Source: Abditibacteriaceae bacterium (GTDB taxonomy: Bacteria; Armatimonadota; Abditibacteriia; Abditibacteriales; Abditibacteriaceae). Taken from it: a DNA stretch of 14,026 nt. The stretch is taken from NCBI GenBank assembly GCA_031372065.1, contig JANMKN010000339.1, forward strand, positions 1 to 14,026, in the 5' to 3' direction. Numbering within the stretch: position 1 is the first letter of the stretch; each line of letters opens with the position of its first letter. Positions 6,000-13,812 of the stretch are shown piece by piece. A program made the position numbers and the translations under genes. Under the pieces are notes generated by a model. It saw only the letters and a program-made list of their open reading frames with translations, was not told where the DNA came from and made no database searches.

Positions 6000-7964
6000 A
6001 TGGCAACGAAAACAAAAAAGAAAACAGGGGAGCAAATGGTTGATAACGTTCCCGATGTGGTTGTCGGTGAACCCGCAAAAACCGCGCAAGTCGCTGTCAA
6101 GGACGGCTTTGAAGCCGTTCCTGAAACGCCAGCCGTGCCCGTGTATGGAGACCCGAAACCGTTTGCTGAGGCGCTTTTAGCACCGACGGGCAATCCCTTG
6201 GAGTGCGACCCCAACGAAGTCGAAACCAATCCGTGGCAGCCGCGCACAATTTTCGATGAATCCGAGATGGAAGATTTGACGGCCAGCGTCAAAGAACACG
6301 GTTTGATTCAGCCGGTTTTGCTGCGATTTTTGCCAGGCGGCCAAAAGCAACTAATCGCCGGCGGTAAGCGCCACGAGGCTTGTCGCCGCGCTGGTGTGCC
6401 GTTGCGCTATTTTGTGCGTGAGGCGACAGACAGCGAATCGGCGGAACTGGCGCTCATTGAGAATTTGCAACGCAGCGATTTGAAGCCAATGGATGAAGCG
6501 CGCGCCTATGACCGCTTACTAAAAGAATTCAAAATGACGCAGGAGGAGCTGGCAAAGCGCGTTCATCGCTCACAGCCGATGATTGCTAATGCGCTGCGCC
6601 TCTTGCATTTGCCCGCCGATGTGCAAAGGCAAATCGGCTTTGGTTTGTCGGCATCGCACGGCTTGGCATTGTGCGCTTTGGATGATGAAACGCACGTTTT
6701 GAATTATGCGTTGCGTGCTGTTGAAGGCGCTTGGTCAGTCAAATCGCTCGAAGCAGAAATTGCCGCGTTTCGACAGGCAGAGGCCGAAAAACAGCAGCCG
6801 TCTTTGCCCGATGAAGGTGAAGAAAGCCGCATTGAACCAGCGCCCGCTAATGCGGTGGATACAATCGAGAACGACAAGCGACTGGTGCTGGCCGTCTTGA
6901 AGCCAGAAGGCGCACTCTGGGGTGCAGTAGTCCATGCGATTGGTATCAATCGTTTTCGCTGTGATAGGGCAATGCGGGAATTGGTCGAGGAAGGCAAAGC
7001 CAAGATCGAAGGCGAGCGCTGGTTTTTAATCCCCTCCTCATCCCAGATCGGCGACCACGACACGCCCAGCTCTACTGAAAAGCGCATCGAAACAACCGAA
7101 CCAGAAACCAACAGGAAGCCCGAAGCTCGAACCGAAGCTGAAACCGAAGAATCCCCGGTTTGCCGTCAGTGTGGAAAAACCGAAGCCGCGGTTACGGCCA
7201 GCGGCGCGCACATGACAAAATTCGATTTGTGCAGCGCGTGCGATCCCGAAGCGCAAGCGGCAACGACAGAAACGGCAACGACAGAAACGGCAACGACGCA
7301 AAAAGATGGCATGGTGTCGGCGATGGATAAAGCGCACGGCGATGTCAGCAAAGTCGCTAAGAACGACTTTGCCATCGGCGCTGGCGTGCAGTGGAATGAT
7401 GGTAGCAAGCCGAAAACCGGCATTATCGCCGAGGTGGGCAGCGCCTTGTATTTCGTGCAGCCGACTGGCACAAACGAAGCCAAGCATCGCAAGACTTTCC
7501 AAAAGAAAAATTGCATCCTGAAGGCGTGGGACAAAAAAAGCGTGCCTGAAATTGGTTCGCAAAATGCGTTTTCTAAAGCTGCGGGAGACGCTAAAACTGC
7601 GGGAGATGCTAAAACAACTGAAATGCCAAGCGTTCCCGAAGGCAAGGTTTGGATTCTGGCTGATGAGAAAGCCCTTTTTGACTGTCAGGATGCCGGGCTT
7701 GGCATTGATGATGTGTTCGGCATCGTGGCGCAATTAGCGAAGATCGGCGCGCCTTTTGGTTTGGGTGTGCCCGATGTTCTAACGACCATCGAAGGTTATT
7801 TCGGCGTGGCGGATGCCTCGGTGGCGGATGTCTCGGTGGCGGATGTCTCGACGGCTGATGAGGCGACAAGCGAAGCCGCTGAAAGCGAAGCCGCTGAAAG
7901 CGAAGCTACCGACGAAGTTGAAAACGAAGCGGAGCCAACCGCCCAAAGCGAAAGTGAGAATTAA
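6000..7964 (+). CDS. parB: ParB/RepB/Spo0J-family protein (PRTRC-associated) with long multi-domain C-terminal extension
   Basis: NPWQPR.IFD...L.ASVKEHGLIQPV...IAGGKRH, ENLQRSDL, HTH TQEELAKRVHRSQPMIANALRLL. Start placed at ATG 6000 after the GAGAGG RBS. Confidence 0.9.
   Translation: MATKTKKKTGEQMVDNVPDVVVGEPAKTAQVAVKDGFEAVPETPAVPVYGDPKPFAEALLAPTGNPLECDPNEVETNPWQPRTIFDESEMEDLTASVKEHGLIQPVLLRFLPGGQKQLIAGGKRHEACRRAGVPLRYFVREATDSESAELALIENLQRSDLKPMDEARAYDRLLKEFKMTQEELAKRVHRSQPMIANALRLLHLPADVQRQIGFGLSASHGLALCALDDETHVLNYALRAVEGAWSVKSLEAEIAAFRQAEAEKQQPSLPDEGEESRIEPAPANAVDTIENDKRLVLAVLKPEGALWGAVVHAIGINRFRCDRAMRELVEEGKAKIEGERWFLIPSSSQIGDHDTPSSTEKRIETTEPETNRKPEARTEAETEESPVCRQCGKTEAAVTASGAHMTKFDLCSACDPEAQAATTETATTETATTQKDGMVSAMDKAHGDVSKVAKNDFAIGAGVQWNDGSKPKTGIIAEVGSALYFVQPTGTNEAKHRKTFQKKNCILKAWDKKSVPEIGSQNAFSKAAGDAKTAGDAKTTEMPSVPEGKVWILADEKALFDCQDAGLGIDDVFGIVAQLAKIGAPFGLGVPDVLTTIEGYFGVADASVADVSVADVSTADEATSEAAESEAAESEATDEVENEAEPTAQSESEN
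7258..7906 (+). repeat. Four in-frame tandem repeats in the ParB tail
   Basis: 15-bp x2.7 (7258-7297, ATTET), 18-bp x2.4 (7573-7615, AGDAKT), 15-bp x3 (7806-7850, VADVS), 15-bp x2.6 (7868-7906, SEAAE). Confidence 0.9.
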
Positions 7965-7967
7965 ATC

Positions 7968-8159
7968 ATGGCAACTGCCAAACCACGCATTTTTATGTTT
8001 GAGGGCAAGCGTCTTCCTGACCTTGACCCATCCAAATCGCCGCAGGAAATCAAAAACCTGCACGCCGCGCAAATTCCAGCGCTGACAACCGCAACCTTTA
8101 AATTTGACCCGGCCAAAAACGAATATGAATTCGTTAAGTCGGCGGGCGTGAAAGGCTAA
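7968..8159 (+). CDS. PRTRC system protein C-like prokaryotic ubiquitin-like protein
   Basis: RIFMFEGKRLPDLDPSKSPQEIKNLHAAQIPALTTA...YEF..SAGVKG-stop: the R.F.f.g..LpDp.p..s.eei...ya...P.L.tA pattern and terminal GxKG of protein C/Prok_Ub. Confidence 0.9.
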   Translation: MATAKPRIFMFEGKRLPDLDPSKSPQEIKNLHAAQIPALTTATFKFDPAKNEYEFVKSAGVKG

Positions 8160-8160
8160 G

Positions 8161-8484
8161 ATGGCGCGCCAAGTGAAAGAGAGTAAGCAATCATGCGAAT
8201 CCAAACCCCAACAAGCGCCTCCTCAATCAATGCTGGGCGCGGCCATCGCAGCGGCCAAAACAGAAGAAGCGGAGCCGTTGCATCCGTTGGCGCTGGCCAT
8301 CTCAGAGGCGCTCGGCGCGAAGTTGAAGCATTACAACGGCTTTCGCCATCGTCCACCGTGCGAAACTCTCGGCGGCGCCCTGAAGCTGGTCGCCGAGAGC
8401 CGCATGGGGCGGCGGGGCGGCTATCCCGCCAATCGTCGCTTGAGCCGACCTTCGCCGTCGGCGATGCTGCCACCCCTTCCGTAG
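8161..8484 (+). CDS. Hypothetical protein overlapping the 5' end of protein F in another frame
   Basis: ATG 1 nt after the protein C stop (TAAGATG); helical-looking PLALAISEALGAKLK. It overlaps ORF 8193 by 292 nt, so it is uncertain. Confidence 0.45.
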   Translation: MARQVKESKQSCESKPQQAPPQSMLGAAIAAAKTEEAEPLHPLALAISEALGAKLKHYNGFRHRPPCETLGGALKLVAESRMGRRGGYPANRRLSRPSPSAMLPPLP

Positions 8485-9620
8485 AACGGCAAATCATTCG
8501 GCAAGTCGTCGCGCCCGTTTGTGCGATGCCACTTCCAAAACTAATAGGCGTGCCCCCACTTTTGAAGTGGGGGCAAAGCCTTGAAGGGCCAAACCGCGCC
8601 GCGATTGCTGAAGGCTTAGTCGCAGCGGGAATGCTGACCGAAAACGATTGGTCGGGCACTCTCAATGCCTCCATTGATTGCGCCCTGCTGCGTTGGATTA
8701 TGGAATCGGGTATTCATCATTCCAATCATCTTGACCTCACTTTGGGACTGCACGCCACACAGGACTCTATCGCGTGGAACACCGATGATTGCGTGCGTCT
8801 TGCCGAGGGCATTGGTAGCGCCGGTGCATTTTTCTTCAAGTTCGATCCTTACGGCGGTCTGCCTTCGTGCCAGTGCGGGCGGCGCGTTTTAGAATTGGAA
8901 GATTTGCACGACGGCGTTGGCTTGGCAGTGCTGGGCATTGTCTGCGAGGCGTTGGAAGAATTTGAAGGCGCCACACCGCGCACCGCATTTGATAAAGCCT
9001 GCCAATGGTGGGATCCCTCAATGGAAGACGAAGAAATTGATTATGAATCGGAGGAGCATCAGCATTTCTTGGGCGAATTACGCCCGCAGGATTTTTACGC
9101 CACGGTGCCCAAAGAAGTCGTCGAATGCAAATCCAACCCTAAACTTTTGCGCAAAGTATTGCGTTCGATTGGCTTTGAAATAGACGGGCCAGAAGGCCGC
9201 ATTTTGCAAGAAGCCCTTGAACTGCATAAAGCATTGCAAACAGTTTCAAAGCGGTGCGGCGCCGGTGGCGATTTGCACCGCGAAGACAACTATTTGCACA
9301 TTCAGGCGCACGCGCTTTATCCCTTTGTTTTGCATTGGAACGAAAGCGACGCGGTGTGGCGCGTTGTGGATGATGAACTGGAAATGCTCTCGCAAATTCC
9401 CGAAGAATGCTGCAATATCGCGTGGCTTTCCAGCTTCACTGTTGAGGACACAGATTCGATTCGCATCGCTGCCGAGCGCCTCAAATCAACCGCGCCGCTT
9501 TTGGTGCATCTCAACGCGCTTTTAAAGGCGTTGCATGATGAGCGTCCGTTTGGCGAAAAAGGCACGCTGTTGAATGTTTTTGAGCGCGAGGAACGGCAGC
9601 AAGTTCGCGCAGCGGTTTGA
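8193..9620 (+). CDS. PRTRC system protein F-like
   Basis: Position between protein C and protein B; MPLPKLIGVP, GRRVLELEDLHDGVGLAVL and LHWNESDAVWRVVDD segments resemble protein F. The true start is uncertain (8193 or later). Confidence 0.75.
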   Translation: MRIQTPTSASSINAGRGHRSGQNRRSGAVASVGAGHLRGARREVEALQRLSPSSTVRNSRRRPEAGRREPHGAAGRLSRQSSLEPTFAVGDAATPSVERQIIRQVVAPVCAMPLPKLIGVPPLLKWGQSLEGPNRAAIAEGLVAAGMLTENDWSGTLNASIDCALLRWIMESGIHHSNHLDLTLGLHATQDSIAWNTDDCVRLAEGIGSAGAFFFKFDPYGGLPSCQCGRRVLELEDLHDGVGLAVLGIVCEALEEFEGATPRTAFDKACQWWDPSMEDEEIDYESEEHQHFLGELRPQDFYATVPKEVVECKSNPKLLRKVLRSIGFEIDGPEGRILQEALELHKALQTVSKRCGAGGDLHREDNYLHIQAHALYPFVLHWNESDAVWRVVDDELEMLSQIPEECCNIAWLSSFTVEDTDSIRIAAERLKSTAPLLVHLNALLKALHDERPFGEKGTLLNVFEREERQQVRAAV

Positions 9621-9661
9621 AGGCGGTTTGAAGACAATCAAAAAAGCTATACAAGGAAACT

Positions 9662-10429
9662 ATGCTCATTGAAACAAATTTCGGTGGCAGCGAAGGCGTG
9701 CAAATGACACTGCGCCATGCGATTCTGCTTTACGGAAACGAATCTACCACCGTTGCCACGCTGCACAGCGTCAAAAGCGAACCGGGATTTCTCGAACCCG
9801 AATTGCTCGAAGGTGCCCCTTTGGAGCGTAAGGACTTTATGGAAATTGCGCGGCGTCTCACGCAAGAAAAAGTCACCGGCTCCGCGCGGCGATTGCTCGA
9901 AACCAATGTGCTTTTGGCCGATGGCGACTTGCTTTGTTGGTATTGGCCCAGCGCGCGGCGCCGTTGGTTTTTCAAAACCGGCAATAACGATTTGGATGCC
10001 TTGAATGGGCGCGAGGCGCTGCACCCCACACTGCTGTTTGTCGCCAAAGAACCGCGCGATTTATATGTGTTTGCTTTGGCTTCGAGCGAGCGCCCGACAC
10101 TCAAAGCGCCGCTTTATCGCGCGCCGTATTGGAACATTTGGAAAAGTGGTCACCTGTGCGAAGGTGCCTTTAAGCTGCCAGAGAACTTCTCGCCCTCTGG
10201 CATCGCCCGTTGGGAGAGCGCCTTTTTCGATACGCACTTTTCGCACCCGGCGGGTGGGGTCGGCGCGCTTTGCAAATACCAAGGCGGTCATACGGCGCTG
10301 TGGCAAGCGATGGCAGCCAGCGGGCGCAAGGCAATGAAACGATTTCCAGCGGAGTGTTTGATTCGGGAATCGCGCGACACGAAAAATGGCGGCAAAAAGC
10401 CGCTGACACTGGGGATGGTGATTGACTGA
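9662..10429 (+). CDS. PRTRC system protein B-like, prokaryotic E2 (family D) ubiquitin-conjugating-like enzyme
   Basis: HPTLLF...LYVFAL...RPTLKAPLYRAPYWNIWKSGHLCEG...WESAFFDTHFSH; candidate catalytic Cys166 (codon 10157-10159); AAGGA RBS. Confidence 0.9.
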   Translation: MLIETNFGGSEGVQMTLRHAILLYGNESTTVATLHSVKSEPGFLEPELLEGAPLERKDFMEIARRLTQEKVTGSARRLLETNVLLADGDLLCWYWPSARRRWFFKTGNNDLDALNGREALHPTLLFVAKEPRDLYVFALASSERPTLKAPLYRAPYWNIWKSGHLCEGAFKLPENFSPSGIARWESAFFDTHFSHPAGGVGALCKYQGGHTALWQAMAASGRKAMKRFPAECLIRESRDTKNGGKKPLTLGMVID

Positions 10430-11346
10430 TGACGCGTAAATCACTCCTAAAACTGCCGGAACAAAAAAGCCCAATTCACGAATGTGCGCCCGCCCTCAAA
10501 CAAGGCGTTATCGAATGCGTTGTCGTTGGCTGTGGCGGCAACGGCGCGCAAATGCTGACCAAATTGGCGCGGCTGGATTATGCCTTGCGTGCCTGCGGGC
10601 ATCCGGGCGGCATTCATGTGAGCGCCTTCGACCCGGATTTCGTCAGTCCGGCCAACATTGGGCGTCAAACCTTTTCGCCGTCGGATGTTGGCCAAAACAA
10701 AGCCGTGCTGCTCATTAGTCGCATCAATGCCTTTTACGGTTTGGATTGGCGCGCCCGCCGTGAGGCGTTTTGCGAGGAAACTTTCGGCGGCGAATATCAG
10801 TTTCCGCGCCACCTGCTTGTAACTTGTGTGGACACCGCTAAAACCCGCCGTGAACTTCATCGCCTGCTCAACGAGGCTGCCACCAAACCGGCGTATTGGC
10901 TGGATTTGGGCAACAACAAAAGCGACGGGCAAGTAATTCTCGGACAGCCCAAAGGCAGTATTCCGATGACTTCGATTCGCAGTGGCGGCAAGATAAAAGG
11001 CCTTCCCTTATCGGCGCGCGAAGCCATTGAAGCGCATCGCTTGCCAGTGGTGACAGAAGTGTTTCCCGAATTGCTTGATTCCAAATACAAAGAAACTGAT
11101 GCGCCATCTTGTTCGGTGGCCGATGCGTTAGCCAAGCAATCGCTTTTTACCAATGACCACATAGTATCGTGGGCGGCGGAGCTTCTCGATCAACTTTTGC
11201 GTAGCGGCCAGATCGCCTATCACGGTGCTTTCATCAATTTGGAAACGGGACGCGTTAATCCGCTGAGTGTGCCAATGCCGGAGGCAGCGAAAGAAGAATC
11301 CAAACAAACAGAGAAAGCGACGAGGATGAGGAAGGTGGCCGCATGA
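10429..11346 (+). CDS. PRTRC system ThiF-family (E1-like) activating enzyme
   Basis: VVVGCGGNG nucleotide-binding loop, DPDFVSPANIGRQ, NKA, CVDT, YWLDLGN, PSCS...QSLFTN (candidate thioester Cys228); TGATG coupling to protein B. Confidence 0.93.
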   Translation: MTRKSLLKLPEQKSPIHECAPALKQGVIECVVVGCGGNGAQMLTKLARLDYALRACGHPGGIHVSAFDPDFVSPANIGRQTFSPSDVGQNKAVLLISRINAFYGLDWRARREAFCEETFGGEYQFPRHLLVTCVDTAKTRRELHRLLNEAATKPAYWLDLGNNKSDGQVILGQPKGSIPMTSIRSGGKIKGLPLSAREAIEAHRLPVVTEVFPELLDSKYKETDAPSCSVADALAKQSLFTNDHIVSWAAELLDQLLRSGQIAYHGAFINLETGRVNPLSVPMPEAAKEESKQTEKATRMRKVAA

Positions 11347-11570
11347 CGCAAGGCTACATCATCATGCGCGGTGGTCACTTGTGGTTTTTGGATGAGGATG
11401 GCCTGCTTTCCATCGCCGAGAACAAAGTGCCGCCCTCGCTGTTTATTTCTTACAGCGCCGCACGAAACGCGGCGCGGCGCACCATCTACGCGTTTAAAAA
11501 GCTGCCACACGGCGGCCCGAACGTGAAAACGGGTGACTTCAAGATTATTCGCCTGGAGGTGGTAACGTGA
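11343..11570 (+). CDS. Hypothetical protein
   Basis: ATGA overlap with the ThiF stop and GTGA overlap with the MTase start; GAAGGTG RBS. Confidence 0.7.
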   Translation: MTQGYIIMRGGHLWFLDEDGLLSIAENKVPPSLFISYSAARNAARRTIYAFKKLPHGGPNVKTGDFKIIRLEVVT

Positions 11571-12928
11571 TTTTGGGTAGCGACCTTTTCTGTGGCGCTG
11601 GTGGATTTAGTGCAGGGTTGTTAGGTGCCTGTAACGACTTGCAAAAGCCTGTCGAAATTTTGGCCGTCAACCATTGGCCGCGCGCCATTGAAACGCACTC
11701 ACTCAATCATCCCGAAGTGCGGCACCTTTGCGAAAACCTCGATAATGTTGATCCGCGCAAAGTGCATCCGGGCGGCAAATTAAACATCCTGCTGGCAAGC
11801 CCTGAGTGTACTCATCACAGCAATGCCAGAGGCGGCAAACCGCGCAGCGACCAAAGCCGGTCTTCGGCGTGGCACGTTGTGCGCTGGGCCGAGGCACTTC
11901 GCATCGAAAACATCATTGTTGAAAACGTCAAGGAATTTCAAACGTGGGGGCCACTTGACCGCAACGGCAAGCCGATTCAATCCAAAAAGGGTGACGTGTT
12001 TCGCGCATGGTGTAACGCTTTGGAAGCGCTGGGTTTTTATGTTGACTTTCAAGTTTTGAACGCAGCGGATTATGGCGGCGCGACGGCGCGGCACCGCTTG
12101 TTTATTTTAGCTTCGCGCAAACGGCGCCCCCGCTGGCCTGTTAAAACGCACGGCCAAAAAGACCATCTGTTTGCGCTGGGCCATCGGGCCGCGCGCGAAA
12201 TCATTGACTGGTCACTTGAAGGCAATAGTATCTTTGGACGTAAACGCCCGTTAGCCGATAAAACATTAGCGCGCATTATGGCCGGGCTGCGCAAATTTAA
12301 CGGTTTGGATTTTGTCTTGGGACAGCAAAGTTGCTCTGCGCCGCGAACTGTGAACAATCCTTTGCCCACTATCGCCACCGCAGGCGCCATCTCGCTGGTG
12401 CAGCCATTCTTGGTTATCTTTCGCAACCACGCCGACGCGCGTTCGGTTGAGAGTCCTCTTCCGACGATTACCACGAGCGGCAAGCACGTTGGACTTTGTG
12501 AGCCATTCATCGTGCAATTTCATGGCGACAGCGCCGGGCGCAGCGATGGTGTGCGGCGCGTTTATTCGCTGGATGAACCGCTGCGCACACTGGACACATC
12601 GAACCGTTATGGGCTGGCCGAGCCGTTCATTACCGTTTTTAACGGCGCCTCGAAGACGGCGACTTGTGACGCCCCGCTGCCAACGGTGACAACCAAAGAC
12701 CGCTTTGGCTTATGCCAACCGGAGCCGATAGCGATTTTTGAGCGTGACGGCGAAACCTATGGCTTAATGGATGTTAAATTTCGAATGCTCGAACCGCATG
12801 AGTGCGCGGCGGCGATGGGTTTTGGAAATTACGCATTCACTGGCACAAAGAAGGACAAAATGAAGATGATCGGCAACGCGGTCTCTGTCGAATGCGCGCA
12901 GGCACTGTGCAAGGCGGTATTACAATGA
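11567..12928 (+). CDS. Phage-type DNA (cytosine-5) methyltransferase
   Basis: DLFCGAGG (I), ASPECTHHS (IV variant), ENV (VI), TARHRLF (VIII), RMLEPHECAAAMGF (IX), IGNAVS (X); GTG start after GGAGGT. No adjacent restriction endonuclease gene is seen. Confidence 0.92.
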   Translation: MILGSDLFCGAGGFSAGLLGACNDLQKPVEILAVNHWPRAIETHSLNHPEVRHLCENLDNVDPRKVHPGGKLNILLASPECTHHSNARGGKPRSDQSRSSAWHVVRWAEALRIENIIVENVKEFQTWGPLDRNGKPIQSKKGDVFRAWCNALEALGFYVDFQVLNAADYGGATARHRLFILASRKRRPRWPVKTHGQKDHLFALGHRAAREIIDWSLEGNSIFGRKRPLADKTLARIMAGLRKFNGLDFVLGQQSCSAPRTVNNPLPTIATAGAISLVQPFLVIFRNHADARSVESPLPTITTSGKHVGLCEPFIVQFHGDSAGRSDGVRRVYSLDEPLRTLDTSNRYGLAEPFITVFNGASKTATCDAPLPTVTTKDRFGLCQPEPIAIFERDGETYGLMDVKFRMLEPHECAAAMGFGNYAFTGTKKDKMKMIGNAVSVECAQALCKAVLQ

Positions 12929-13812
12929 AAATTCCTGTCGGGACTCGAAGCGTGCTTTTTGGCGCGCATTGCTTTTGGATTCACCCGTGGTTTGTGGCGG
13001 CGGCGTGGTGGAAGCTGTTTGGCTTTCCGCGCGATTGGAGGCTTTGGGTTGCCTTCTTCGTTCACGATCTCGGCTATGTCGGCAAGCCTGATATGGACGG
13101 CGACGAAGGCGAACGGCACGTCGAATGGGGCGCTAATTTGATGCACCACTGGTTTGATAAGGGCGTGGCGACAAAAACGGTTTTAATACATGGGCATTGG
13201 GAAAAGGCTGTGGATAGCGATGGCGTAATGGTTCATTCGCGTTGGTCAATCCCCAACGCCAAAGGCGAATATCTTTTCACCAATCATTATCCCGGCACAG
13301 GCTTTGGATACGCGGCGGTTGAATCAATGAACCGCGAATGGAACAAAATCAAAAAGATGCCGTGGGAATTAGGGCCGGGCCATGAAATCCCAACCTACAT
13401 AGAAGAAACGCGGGAAGTGCCTGATACAACATGGCGCGATTTCTGTTTGTATCACTCACGCTTTTATGCCAAACGCGACGGCGTGAAGCCTTCGATGTTG
13501 TGCATCGCTGACAAATTATCCATCGCTTTGGAGCCGTGGTGGTTATACCTGCCGCGCGTGATTGCATCCGGCGAAATCAAAGAATATATGGCACGGGCTG
13601 GCGGCACCGATAACAGCAAATACAACGGCGAGCCGATTGTCTCCAAATATCTGTCAATGGGCATCAGAACTCGCACGAAACGCCAGTGGCACAGCGACAT
13701 GACCGAGTATTTGCGCAAGTGGGTCGAAGCGCACAAGGGCGGAGGTGAAGACACATGGACACCTGCACCAACGACACCTGCACCGACAACAGCGCCATCA
13801 GCGACGAATTAA
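12925..13812 (+). CDS. HD-domain-like (metal-dependent phosphohydrolase fold) phage protein
   Basis: H(IHP)...VHDLG...ERHVEWGA...LYHSR...IADKL spacing matches the H..HD..H..H..D signature. Start ATG 12925 overlaps the MTase stop (ATGA); the 12802 start is unlikely. Confidence 0.65.
   Translation: MKIPVGTRSVLFGAHCFWIHPWFVAAAWWKLFGFPRDWRLWVAFFVHDLGYVGKPDMDGDEGERHVEWGANLMHHWFDKGVATKTVLIHGHWEKAVDSDGVMVHSRWSIPNAKGEYLFTNHYPGTGFGYAAVESMNREWNKIKKMPWELGPGHEIPTYIEETREVPDTTWRDFCLYHSRFYAKRDGVKPSMLCIADKLSIALEPWWLYLPRVIASGEIKEYMARAGGTDNSKYNGEPIVSKYLSMGIRTRTKRQWHSDMTEYLRKWVEAHKGGGEDTWTPAPTTPAPTTAPSATN

Noticed and set aside
7038..7733. 231-aa minus-strand ORF and other long antisense ORFs (e.g. 4893-5531, 8156-8674, 10447-10932)
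   Set aside because: Shadows of well-supported + strand genes, with no motifs or RBS.
10429..11346. ThiF as a thiamine/molybdopterin biosynthesis enzyme or CBASS Cap2
   Set aside because: No thi/moa genes or cyclase nearby, no MoeB-type CxxC zinc pairs, and the neighbours match PRTRC B, C and F.
4862..12928. Complete restriction-modification system
   Set aside because: No endonuclease or specificity subunit is recognisable; both MTase-family genes appear orphan.
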